Assembly: GCA_964016885.1 (NCBI GenBank) | Contig: OZ024743.1 | Span: forward strand, 210,118,001 to 210,182,000 | DNA length: 64,000 bases | Origin: Eledone cirrhosa | Taxonomy: Eukaryota | Direction: 5' to 3' | In this document: piece after piece, positions 1-13,789 of the stretch | Position numbering within the stretch: the stretch's first letter is position 1 | Layout: the number at the start of each line of letters is the position of its first letter | Made by a program: the position numbers and the translations under genes | Notes under the pieces: generated by a model | Told to the model about the DNA's origin: nothing | Database searches by the model: none | The model's input: only the letters and a program-made list of their open reading frames with translations

Positions 1-3000
1 GAAAGCTCTTCATCCATAAGATATACCACAGTTTACCATCCTATAGCCACAGATGAAATCTCTTCACCCATAAGATACACCACAGTTTACCATCCTATAG
101 CCACACAGGAAAGCTCTTCACTCCATAAGATATACCACAGTTTACCATTCTATAGCCACAGATGAAAGCTCTTCACCCCATAAGATATACCACAGTTTAC
201 CATCCTATAGCCACACATGAAAGCTCTTCACCCCATAAGATATACCACAGTTTACCATCCTATTGCCACACATGAAAGTTCTTCACTCGATAAGATATAC
301 CACAGTTTACCATCCTATAGCCACACATGAAAGCTCTTCACTCCATAAGATATACCACAGTTTACCATCCTATAGCAAGATGAAAGCTCTTCACTCCATA
401 AGATATACGACAGTTTACCATCCTATAGCCACACATGAAAACTCTTCAATCCATAAGATATACCTCAGTTTACCATCTTATAGCCACAGATGAAAGCTCT
501 TCACTCCATAAGATATACCACGGTTTACCATCCTATAGCCACACATGAAAGCTCTTCACGCCATAAGATATACCTCAGTTTACCATCCTATAGCCACAGA
601 TGAAAGCTCTTCACTCCATAAGATATACCACAGTTTACCATCCTATAGCCACACATGAGAGCTCTTCACTCCATAAGATATACCACAGTTTACCATCCTA
701 TAGCCACACATGAAAGCTCTTCACTCCATAAGATATACCACAGTTCACCATCCTATAGCCACACATGAGAGCTCTTCACCCCATAAGATATACCTCAGTT
801 TACCATCCTATAGCCACACATGAAAGCTCTTCACTCCATAAGATATACCACAGTTTACCATCCTATAGCCACACATGAAAGCTCTTCACTCCATAAGATA
901 TACCACAGTTTACCATCCTATAGCCACACATGAAAGCTCTTCACGCCATAAGATATACCTCTGTTTACCATCCTATAGCCACAGATGAAAGCTCTTCACT
1001 CCATAAGATATACCACAGTTTACCTTCCTATAGCCACAGATGAAAGCTCTTCACTCCATAAGATATACCACAGTTTACAATGCTATAGCCACAGATGAAA
1101 GCTGTTCACTCCATAAGATATACGACAGTTTACCATCCTATAGCCACAGATGAAAGCTGTTCACTCCATAAGATATACCACAGTTTACCATCCTATAGCC
1201 ACAGATGAAAGCTGTTCACTCCATAAGATATACCACAGTTTACCATCCTATAGCCAGATGAAAGCTCTTCACTCCATAACATATACCACAGTTTACCATC
1301 CTATAGCCAGATGAAAGCTCTTCACTCCATAAGATATACCACAGTTTACCATCCTATAGCCACAGATGAAAGCTCTTCACTCCATAAGATATACCACAGT
1401 TTACCACCCTATAGCCACAGATGAAAGCTCTTCACTCCATAAGATATACCACAGTTTACCATCCTATAGCCACAGATGAAAGCTCTTCACTCCATAAGAT
1501 ATACCACAGTTTACCATCCTATAGCCACAGATGAAAGCTCTTCATCCATAAGATATACCACAGTTTACCATCCTATAGCCACAGATGAAATCTCTTCACC
1601 CATAAGATATACCACAGTTTACCATCCTATAGCCACACATGAAAGCTCTTCACTCCATAAGATATACCACAGTTTACCATCCTATAGCCACAGATGAAAG
1701 CTCTTCACTCCATAAGATATACCACAGTTTACCATCCTATAGCCACACATGAAAGCTCTTCACTCCATAAGATATACCACAGTTTACCATCCTATAACCA
1801 CAGATGAAAGCTCTTCACTCCATAAGATATACCACAGTTTACCATCCTATAGCCACACATGAAAGCTCTTCACTCCATAAGATATACCACAGTTTACCAT
1901 CCTATAGCCACAGATGAAAGCTCTTCACCCCATAAGATATACCACAGTTTACCATCCTATAGCCACAGATGAAAGCTGTTCACTCCATAAGATATACGAC
2001 AGTTTACCATCCTATAGCCAGATGAAAGCTCTTCACTCCATAAGATATACCACAGTTTACCATCCTATAGCCACAGATGAAAGCTGTTCACTCCATAAGA
2101 TATACCACAGTTTACCATCCTATAGCCAGATGAAAGCTCTTCACTCCGTAACATATACCACAGTTTACCATCCTATAGCAACACATGAAAGCTCTTCACT
2201 CCATAAGATATACCACAGTTTACCATCCTAGAGCCACACAGGAAAGCTCTTCACTCCATAAGATATACCACAGTTTACCATCCTATAGCCACAGATGAAA
2301 GCTCTTCACCCCATAAGATATACCACAGTTTACCATCCTATAGCCACAGATGAAAGCTCTTCACCCCATGAGACATACCACAGTTTACCATCCTATAGCC
2401 ACACATGAAAGCTCTTCACTCCATAAGATATACCACAGTTTACCATCCTATAGCCCACACATGAAAGCTCTTCACGCCATAAGATATACCTCAGTTTACC
2501 ATCCTATAGCCACAGATGAAAGCTCTTCACTCCATAAGATATACCACAGTTTACCATGCTATAGCCACAGATGAAAGCTGTTCACTCCATAAGATATACG
2601 ACAGTTTACCATCCTATAGCCACAGATGAAAGCTGTTCACTCCATAAGATATACGACAGTTTACCATCCTATAGCCAGATGAAAGCTCTTCACTCCATAA
2701 GATATACCACAGTTTACCATCCTATAGCCACAGATGAAAGCTCTTCACTCCATACGATATACCACAGTTTACCATCCTATAGCCACAGATGAAAGCTCTT
2801 CACTCCATAAGATATACCACAGTTTACCATCCTATAGCCACAGATGAAAGCTCTTCACCCCATAAGATATACCCCAGTTTACCATCCTATAGCCACACAT
2901 GAAAGCTCTTCACTCCATAAGATATACCAAATTTTACCACCCTATAGCCACAGATAAAAGCTCTTCACCCCATAAGATATACCACAGTTTACCATCCTAT

Positions 3001-6000
3001 AGCCACACATGAAAGCTCTTCACTCCATAAGATATACCACAGTTTACCATCCTATAGCCACACATGAAAGCTCTTCACTCCATAAGATATACCACAGTTT
3101 ACCATCCTATAGCCACACATGAAAGCTCTTCACTCCATAAGATATACCACAGTTTACCATCCTATAGCCACAGATGAAAGCTGTTCACTCCATAAGATAT
3201 ACCACAGTTTACCATCCTATAGCCACAGATGAAAGCTCTTCACCCCATAAGATATACCCCAGTTTACCATCCTATAGCCACAGATGAAAGCTCTTCACCC
3301 CATGAGATATACCACAGTTTACCATCCTATAGCCACACATGAAAGCTCTTCACTCCATAAGATATACCACAGTTTACCATCCTATAGCCACACATGAAAG
3401 CTCTTCACTCCATAAGATATACCACAGTTTACCATCCTATAGCCACACATGAAAGCTCTTCACGCCATAAGATATACCTCAGTTTACCATCCTATAGCCA
3501 CAGATGAAAGCTCTTCACTCCATAAGATATACCACAGTTTACCTTCCTATAGCCACAGATGAAAGCTCTTCACTCCATAAGATATACCACAGTTTACAAT
3601 GCTATAGCCACAGATGAAAGCTGTTCACTCCATAAGATATACGACAGTTTACCATCCTATAGCCACAGATGAAAGCTGTTCACTCCATAAGATATACGAC
3701 AGTTTACCATCCTATAGCCAGATGAAAGCTCTTCACTCCATAAGATATACCACAGTTTACCATCCTATAGCCACAGATGAAAGCTGTTCACTCCATAAGA
3801 TATACCACAGTTTACCATCCTATAGCCAGATGAAAGCTCTTCACTCCATAAGATATACCACAGTTTACCATCCTATAGCCAGATGAAAGCTCTTCACTCC
3901 ATAAGATATACCACAGTTTACCATCCTATAGCCACAGATGAAAGCTCTTCACTCCATAAGATATACCACAGTTTACCACCCTATAGCCACAGATGAAAGC
4001 TCTTCACTCCATAAGATATACCACAGTTTACCATCCTATAGCCACAGATGAAAGCTCTTCACTCCATAAGATATACCACAGTTTACCATCCTATAGCCAC
4101 AGATGAAAGCTCTTCATCCATAAGATATACCACAGTTTACCATCCTATAGCCACAGATGAAATCTCTTCACCCATAAGATACACCACAGTTTACCATCCT
4201 ATAGCCACACAGGAAAGCTCTTCACTCCATAAGATATACCACAGTTTACCATTCTATAGCAACAGATGAAAGCTCTTCACCCCATAAGATATACCACAGT
4301 TTACCATCCTATAGCCACACATGAAAGCTCTTCACCCCATAAGATATACCACAGTTTACCATCCTATTGCCACACATGAAAGTTCTTCACTCGATAAGAT
4401 ATACCACAGTTTACCATCCTATAGCCACACATGAAAGCTCTTCATTCCATAAGATATACCACAGTTTACCATCCTATAGCAAGATGAAAGCTCTTCACTC
4501 CATAAGATATACGACAGTTTACCATCCTATAGCCACACATGAAAACTCTTCAATCCATAAGATATACCTCAGTTTACCATCTTATAGCCACAGATGAAAG
4601 CTCTTCACTCCATAAGATATACCACGGTTTACCATCCTATAGCCACACATGAAAGCTCTTCACGCCATAAGATATACCTCAGTTTACCATCCTATAGCCA
4701 CAGATGAAAGCTCTTCACTCCATAAGATATACCACAGTTTACCATCCTATAGCCACACATGAGAGCTCTTCACTCCATAAGATATACCACAGTTTAGCAT
4801 CCTATAGCCACACATGAAAGCTCTTCACTCCATAAGATATACCACAGTTCACCATCCTATAGCCACACATGAGAGCTCTTCACCCCATAAGATATACCTC
4901 AGTTTACCATCCTATAGCCACACATGAAAGCTCTTCACTCCATAAGATATACCACAGTTTACCATCCTATGGCCACACATGAAAGCTCTTCACCACATAA
5001 GATATACCACAGTTTACCATCCTATAGCCACACATGAAAGCTCTTCACTCCATAAGATATACCACAGTTTACCATCCTATAGCCACACATGAAAGCTCTT
5101 CACTCCATAAGATATACCACAGTTTACATTTCTATAGCCACACATGAAAGTTCTTCACTCGATAAGATATACCATAGTTTACCATCCTACAGCCACACAT
5201 GAAAGCTCTTCACTCCATAAGATATACCTCAGTTTACCATCCTATAGCCACAGATGAAAGCTCTTCACTCCATAAGATATACCACAGTTTACCATCCTAT
5301 AGCCACACATGAGAGCTCTTCACTCCATAAGATATACCACAGTTTACCATCCTATAGCCACAGATGAAAGCTCATCACTCCATAAGATATACCACAGTTT
5401 ACCATCCTATAGCCACACATCAGAGCTCTTCACTCCACAAGATATACCACAGTCTACCATCCTATAGCCACACATGAAAGCTCTTCACTCCATAAGATAT
5501 ACCACAGTTTACATTCCTATAGCCACACATGAAAGTTCTTCACTCGATAAGATATACCACAGTTTACCATCCTACAGCCACACATGAAAGCTCTTCACTC
5601 CATAAGATATACCACAGTTTACCATCCTATAGCCACACATGAAAGCTCTTCAATCCATAAGATATACCTCAGTTTACCATCCTATAGCCACAGATGAAAG
5701 CTCTTCACTCCATAAGATATACCACAGTTTACCATCCTATAGCCACACATGAAAGCTCTTCAATCCATAAGATATACCTCAGTTTACCATCCTATAGCCA
5801 CAGATGAAAGCTCTTCACTCCATAAGATATACCACAGTTTACCATCCTATAGCCACACATGAAAGCTCTTCAATCCATAAGATATACCTCAGTTTACCAT
5901 CCTATAGCCACAGATGAAAGCTCTTCACTCCATAAGATATACCACAGTTTACCATCCTATAGCCACAGATGAAAGCTCATCACTCCATAAGATATACCAC

Positions 6001-8679
6001 AGTTTACCATCCTATGGCCACACATGAAAGCTCTTCACCCCATAAGATATACCTCAGTTTAGCATCATATAGCCACAGATGAAAGCTCTTCACTCCATAA
6101 GATATACCACAGTTTACCATCCTATAGCCACACATGAAAGTTCTTCACTCGATAAGATATACCACAGTTTCCCATCCTATAGCCACACATGAAAGCTCTT
6201 CACTCCATAAGATATACCACAGTTTACCATCCTATAGACAGATGAAAGCTCTTCACTCCATAAGATATACGACAGTTTACCATCCTATAGCCACACATGA
6301 AAGTTCTTCACTCGATAAGATATACCACAGTTTCCCATCCTATAGCCACACATGAAAGCTCTTCACTCCATAAGATATACCACAGTTTACCATCCTATAG
6401 ACAGATGAAAGCTCTTCACTCCATAAGATATACCCCAGTTTACCATCCTATAGCCAGATGAAAGCTCTTCACCTCATAAGATATACCACAGTTTACCACC
6501 CTATAGCCACAGATGAAAGCTCTTCACTCCATGAGATATACCACAGTTTACCATCCTATAGCCACGCCACGGATGAAAGCTCTTCACTCCATAAGATATA
6601 CCACAGTTTACAATCCTATAGCCACAGATGAAAGCTCTTCACTCCATAAGATATACCACAGTTTACCATCCTATGGCCACAGATGAAAGCTCTTCACTCC
6701 ATAAGATATACCACAGTTTACCATCCTATAGCCACAGATGAAAGCTCTTCACTCCATAAGATATACCACAGTTTACCATCCTATAGCCACACATGAAAGC
6801 TCTTCACTCCATAAGATATACCACAGTTTACCATCCTATAGTCAAGCCACGGATTAAAGCTCTTCACTCCATAAGATATACCACAGTTTACCATCCTATA
6901 GTCACACATGAAAGCTCTTCACTCCATAAGATATAACACAGTTTACCATCCTATAGCCAGATGAAAGCTCTTCACTCCATAAGATATACCACAGTTTACC
7001 ATCCTATAGCCACAGATGAAAGCTCTTCACTCCATAAGATATACCACAGTTTACCACCCTATAGCCACACATGAAAGCTCTTCACCCCATAAGATATACC
7101 ACAGTTTACCATCCTATTGCCACACATGAAAGTTCTTCACTCGATAAGATATACCACAGTTTACCATCCTATAGCCACACATGAAAGCTCTTCACTCCAT
7201 AAGATATACCACAGTTTACCATCCTATAGCAAGATGAAAGCTCTTCACTCCATAAGATATAAGACAGTTTTCCATCCTATAGCCACACATGAAAACTCTT
7301 CACTCCATAAGATATACCACAGTTTACCATCCTATAGCCAGATGAAAGCTCTTCACTCCATAAGATATACCACAGTTTACCATCCTATAGCCACAGATGA
7401 AAGCTCTTCACTCCATAAGATATACCACAGTTTACCACCCTATAGCCACAGATGAAAGCTCTTCACTCCATAAGATATACCACAGTTTACCATCCTATAG
7501 CCACAGATGAAAGCTCTTCACTCCATAAGATATACCACAGTTTAACATCCTAGAGCAACAGATGAAAGCTCTTCACTCCATACGATATACCACAGTTTAC
7601 CATCCTATAGCCACAGATGAAAGCTCTTCACTCCATAAGATATACCACAGTTTACCATCCTATAGCCACAGATGAAAGCTCTTCACCCCATAAGATATAC
7701 CCCAGTTTACCATACTATAGCCACAGATGAAAGCTCTTCACTACATAAGATATACCACAGTTTACAATGCTATAGCCACAGATGAAAGCTGTTCACTCCA
7801 TAAGATATACGACAGTTTACCATCCTATAGCCAGATGAAAGCTCTTCACTCCATAAGATATACCACAGTTTACCATCCTATAGCCACAGATGAAAGCTGT
7901 TCACTCCATAAGTTATACCACAGTTTACCATCCTATAGCCAGATGAAAGCTCTTCACTCCATAAGATATACCACAGTTTACCATCCTATAGCCACAGATG
8001 AAAGCTCTTCACTCCATAAGATATACCACAGTTTACCACCCTATAGCCACAGATGAAAGCTCTTCACTCCATAAGATATACCACAGTTTACCATCCTATA
8101 GCCACAGATGAAAGCTCTTCACTCCATAAGATATACCACAGTTTACCATCCTATAGCCACAGATGAAAGCTCTTCATCCATAAGATATACCACAGTTTAC
8201 CATCCTATAGCCACAGATGAAATCTCTTCACCCATAAGATACACCACAGTTTACCATCCTATAGCCACACATGAAAGCTCTTCACTCCATAAGATATACC
8301 ACAGTTTACCATCCTATAGCCACAGATGAAAGCTCTTCACCCCATAAGATATACCACGGTTTACCATCCTATAGCCACACATGAAAGCTCTTCACTCCAT
8401 AAGATATACCACAGTTTACCATCCTATAGCCACACAGGAAAGCTCTTCACTCCATAAGATATACCACAGTTTACCATTCTATAGCCACAGATGAAAGCTC
8501 TTCACCCCATAAGATATACCACAGTTTACCATCCTATAGCCACACATGAAAGCTCTTCACCCCATAAGATATACCACAGTTTACCATCCTATTGCCACAC
8601 ATGAAAGTTCTTCACTCGATAAGATAGACCACAGTTTACCATCCTATAGCCACACATGAAAGCTCTTCACTCCATAAGA

Positions 8680-11600
8680 TATACCACAGTTTACCATCCT
8701 ATAGCAAGATGAAAGCTCTTCACTCCATAAGATATACGACAGTTTACCATCCTATAGCCACACATGAAAACTCTTCAATCCATAAGATATACCTCAGTTT
8801 ACCATCTTATAGCCACAGATGAAAGCTCTTCACTCCATAAGATATACCACGGTTTACCATCCTATAGCCACACATGAAAGCTCTTCACGCCATAAGATAT
8901 ACCTCAGTTTACCATCCTATAGCCACAGATGAAAGCTCTTCACTCCATAAGATATACCACAGTTTACCATCCTATAGCCACACATGAGAGCTCTTCACTC
9001 CATAAGATATACCACAGTTTACCATCCTATAGCCACACATGAAAGCTCTTCACTCCATAAGATATACCACAGTTCACCATCCTATAGCCACACATGAGAG
9101 CTCTTCACCCCATAAGATATACCTCAGTTTACCATCCTATAGCCACACATGAAAGCTCTTCACTCCATAAGATATACCACAGTTTACCATCCTATGGCCA
9201 CACATGAAAGCTCTTCACCACATAAGATATACAACAGTTTACCATCCTATAGCCACACATGAAAGCTCTTCACTCCATAAGATATACCACAGTTTACCAT
9301 CCTATAGCCAGATGAAAGCTCTTCACTCCATAAGATATACCACAGTTTACCATCCTATAGCCACACATGAAAGCTCTTCACTCCATAAGATATACCACAG
9401 TTTACATTCCTATAGCCACACATGAAAGTTCTTCACTCGATAAGATATACCATAGTTTACCATCCTACAGCCACACATGAAAGCTCTTCACTCCATAAGA
9501 TATACCACAGTTTACCATCCTATAGCCACACATGAAAGCTCTTCAATCCATAAGATATACCTCAGTTTACCATCCTATAGCCACAGATGAAAGCTCTTCA
9601 CTCCATAAGATATACCACAGTTTACCATCCTATAGCCACACATGAGAGCTCTTCACTCCATAAGATATACCACAGTTTACCATCCTATAGCCACAGATGA
9701 AAGCTCATCACTCCATAAGATATACCACAGTTTACCATCCTATAGCCACACATGAGAGCTCTTCACTCCATAAGATATACCACAGTTTACCATCCTATAG
9801 CCACACATGAGAGCTCTTCACCCCATAAGATATACCTCAGTTTACCATCCTACAGCCACAGATGAAAGCTATTCACTCCATAAGATATACCACAGTTTAC
9901 CATCCTATAGCCACACATGAGAGCTCCTCATTCCATAAGATATACCACAGTTTACCATCCTATAGCCACACATGAAAGCTCTTCACTCCATAAGATATAC
10001 CACAGTTTACCATCCTATAGCCACACATGAAAGCTCTTCACTCCATAAGATATACCACAGTTTACCATCCTATAGCCAGATGAAAGCCCTTCACTCCATA
10101 AGATATACCACAGTTTACCATCCCATAGCCACACATGAAAGCTCTTCACTCCATAAGATATACCACAGTTTACATTCCTATAGCCACACATGAAAGTTCT
10201 TCACTCGATAAGATATACCACAGTTTACCATCCTACAGCCACACATGAAAGCTCTTCACTCCATAAGATATACCACAGTTTACCATCCTATAGCCACACA
10301 TGAAAGCTCTTCAAACCATAAGATATACCTCAGTTTACCATCCTATAGCCACAGATGAAAGCTCTTCACTCCATAAGATATACCACAGTTTACCATCCTA
10401 TAGCCACACATGAAAGCTCTTCAATCCATAAGATATACCTCAGTTTACCATCCTATAGCCACAGATGAAAGCTCTTCACTCCATAAGATATACCACAGTT
10501 TACCATCCTATAGCCACACATGAAAGCTCTTCAATCCATAAGATATACCTCAGTTTACCATCCTATAGCCACAGATGAAAGCTCTTCACTCCATAAGATA
10601 TACCACAGTTTACCATCCTATAGCCACACATGAAAGCTCTTCAATCCATAAGATATACCACAGTTTACCATCCTATAGCAAGATGAAAGCTCTTCACTCC
10701 ATAAGATATACGACAGTTTACCATCCTATAGCCACACATGAAAACTCTTCAATCCATAAGATATACCTCAGTTTACCATCTTATAGCCACAGATGAAAGC
10801 TCTTCACTCCATAAGATATACCACGGTTTACCATCCTATAGCCACACATGAAAGCTCTTCACGCCATAAGATATACCTCAGTTTACCATCCTATAGCCAC
10901 AGATGAAAGCTCTTCACTCCATAAGATATACCACAGTTTACCATCCTATAGCCACACATGAGAGCTCTTCACTCCATAAGATATACCACAGTTTACCATC
11001 CTATAGCCACACATGAAAGCTCTTCACTCCATAAGATATACCACAGTTCACCATCCTATAGCCACACATGAGAGCTCTTCACCCCATAAGATATACCTCA
11101 GTTTACCATCCTATAGCCACACATGAAAGCTCTTCACTCCATAAGATATACCACAGTTTACCATCCTATGGCCACACATGAAAGCTCTTCACCACATAAG
11201 ATATACAACAGTTTACCATCCTATAGCCACACATGAAAGCTCTTCACTCCATAAGATATACCACAGTTTACCATCCTATAGCCAGATGAAAGCTCTTCAC
11301 TCCATAAGATATACCACAGTTTACCATCCTATAGCCACACATGAAAGCTCTTCACTCCATAAGATATACCACAGTTTACATTCCTATAGCCACACATGAA
11401 AGTTCTTCACTCGATAAGATATACCATAGTTTACCATCCTACAGCCACACATGAAAGCTCTTCACTCCATAAGATATACCACAGTTTACCATCCTATAGC
11501 CACACATGAAAGCTCTTCAATCCATAAGATATACCTCAGTTTACCATCCTATAGCCACAGATGAAAGCTCTTCACTCCATAAGATATACCACAGTTTACC

Positions 11601-12600
11601 ATCCTATAGCCACACATGAGAGCTCTTCACTCCATAAGATATACCACAGTTTACCATCCTATAGCCACAGATGAAAGCTCATCACTCCATAAGATATACC
11701 ACAGTTTACCATCCTATAGCCACACATGAGAGCTCTTCACTCCATAAGATATACCACAGTTTACCATCCTATAGCCACACATGAGAGCTCTTCACCCCAT
11801 AAGATATACCTCAGTTTACCATCCTACAGCCACAGATGAAAGCTATTCACTCCATAAGATATACCACAGTTTACCATCCTATAGCCACACATGAGAGCTC
11901 CTCATTCCATAAGATATACCACAGTTTACCATCCTATAGCCACACATGAAAGCTCTTCACTCCATAAGATATACCACAGTTTACCATCCTATAGCCACAC
12001 ATGAAAGCTCTTCACTCCATAAGATATACCACAGTTTACCATCCTATAGCCAGATGAAAGCCCTTCACTCCATAAGATATACCACAGTTTACCATCCCAT
12101 AGCCACACATGAAAGCTCTTCACTCCATAAGATATACCACAGTTTACATTCCTATAGCCACACATGAAAGTTCTTCACTCGATAAGATATACCACAGTTT
12201 ACCATCCTACAGCCACACATGAAAGCTCTTCACTCCATAAGATATACCACAGTTTACCATCATATAGCCACACATGAAAGCTCTTCAAACCATAAGATAT
12301 ACCTCAGTTTACCATCCTATAGCAACAGATGAAAGCTCTTCACTCCATAAGATATACCACAGTTTACCATCCTATAGCCACACATGAAAGCTCTTCAATC
12401 CATAAGATATACCTCAGTTTACCATCCTATAGCCACAGATGAAAGCTCTTCACTCCATAAGATATACCACAGTTTACCATCCTATAGCCACACATGAAAG
12501 CTCTTCAATCCATAAGATATACCTCAGTTTACCATCCTATAGCCACAGATGAAAAATCTTCACTCCATAAGATATACCACAGTTTACCATCCTATAGCCA
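8680..12600. repeat. Higher-order tandem duplication, period 1974 bp (36 monomers)
   Basis: Identical ORF translations are offset by 1974 (9204/11178, 9972/11946). Shared rare markers: TAGCAAG 8702/10676 and ATGAGAGCTCCTCAT 9917/11891. 1974 = 36x55 - 3x2. Confidence 0.92.
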
Positions 12601-13789
12601 CAGATGAAAGCTCATCACTCCATAAGATATACCACAGTTTACCATCCTATGGCCACACATGAAAGCTCTTCACCCCATAAGATATACCTCAGTTTAGCAT
12701 CCTATAGCCACAGATGAAAGCTCTTCACTCCATAAGATATACCACAGTTTACCATCCTATAGCCACACATGAAAGTTCTTCACTCGATAAGATATACCAC
12801 AGTTTCCCATCCTATGGCCACACATGAAAGCTCTTCACTCCATAAGATATACCACAGTTTACCATCCTATAGACAGATGAAAGCTCTTCACTCCATAAGA
12901 TATACGACAGTTTACCATCCTATAGCCACACATGAAAGCTCTTCAATCCATAAGATATACCCCAGCTTACCATCCTATAGCCAGATGAAAGCTCTTCACT
13001 CCATAAGATATACCACAGTTTACCACCCTATAGCCACAGATGAAAGCTCTTCACTCCATGAGATATACCACAGTTTACCATCCTATAGCCACGCCACGGA
13101 TGAAAGCTCTTCACTCCATAAGATATACCACAGTTTACAATCCTATAGCCACAGATGAAAGCTCTTCACTCCATAAGATATACCACAGTTTACCATCCTA
13201 TGGCCACAGATGAAAGCTCTTCACTCCATAAGATATACCACAGTTTACCATCCTATAGCCACAGATGAAAGCTCTTCACTCCATAAGATATACCACAGTT
13301 TACCATCCTATAGCCACACATGAAAGCTCTTCACTCCATAAGATATACCACAGTTTACCATCCTATAGTCACACATGAAAGCTCTTCACTCCATAAGATA
13401 TAACACAGTTTACCATCCTATAGCCAGATGAAAGCTCTTCACTCCATAAGATATACCACAGTTTACCATCCTATAGCCACAGATGAAAGCTCTTCACTCC
13501 ATAAGATATACCACAGTTTACCACCCTATAGCCACACATGAAAGCTCTTCACCCCATAAGATATACCACAGTTTACCATCCTATTGCCACACATGAAAGT
13601 TCTTCACTCGATAAGATATACCACAGTTTACCATCCTATAGCCACACATGAAAGCTCTTCACTCCATAAGATATACCACAGTTTACCATCCTGTAGCAAG
13701 ATGAAAGCTCTTCACTCCATAAGATATAAGACAGTTTTCCATCCTATAGCCACACATGAAAACTCTTCACTCCATAAGATATACCACAG

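Noticed and set aside
273-282. Heat-shock element nGAAnnTTCn in the AAGTTC variant (TGAAAGTTCT)
   Set aside because: Only two pentamer units are present, with no in-phase third unit, and only in a minority of monomers.
1503-1508. RUNX core (ACCACA/TGTGGT) and TATA-like words in each monomer
   Set aside because: Short motifs are expected by chance and are multiplied only by array amplification. ACCAC is frequently mutated (ACCTC, ACGAC, ACCCC, AACAC).
1473-1530. Satellite-encoded hammerhead ribozyme (as in newt, schistosome and cave-cricket satellites), suggested by CAGATGA resembling CUGAUGA and a nearby GAAA
   Set aside because: The core has A in place of the conserved U, the GAAA overlaps that box rather than following stem II, and I could not build stems I and III on either strand. 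An Infernal search with Rfam hammerhead models would settle it.
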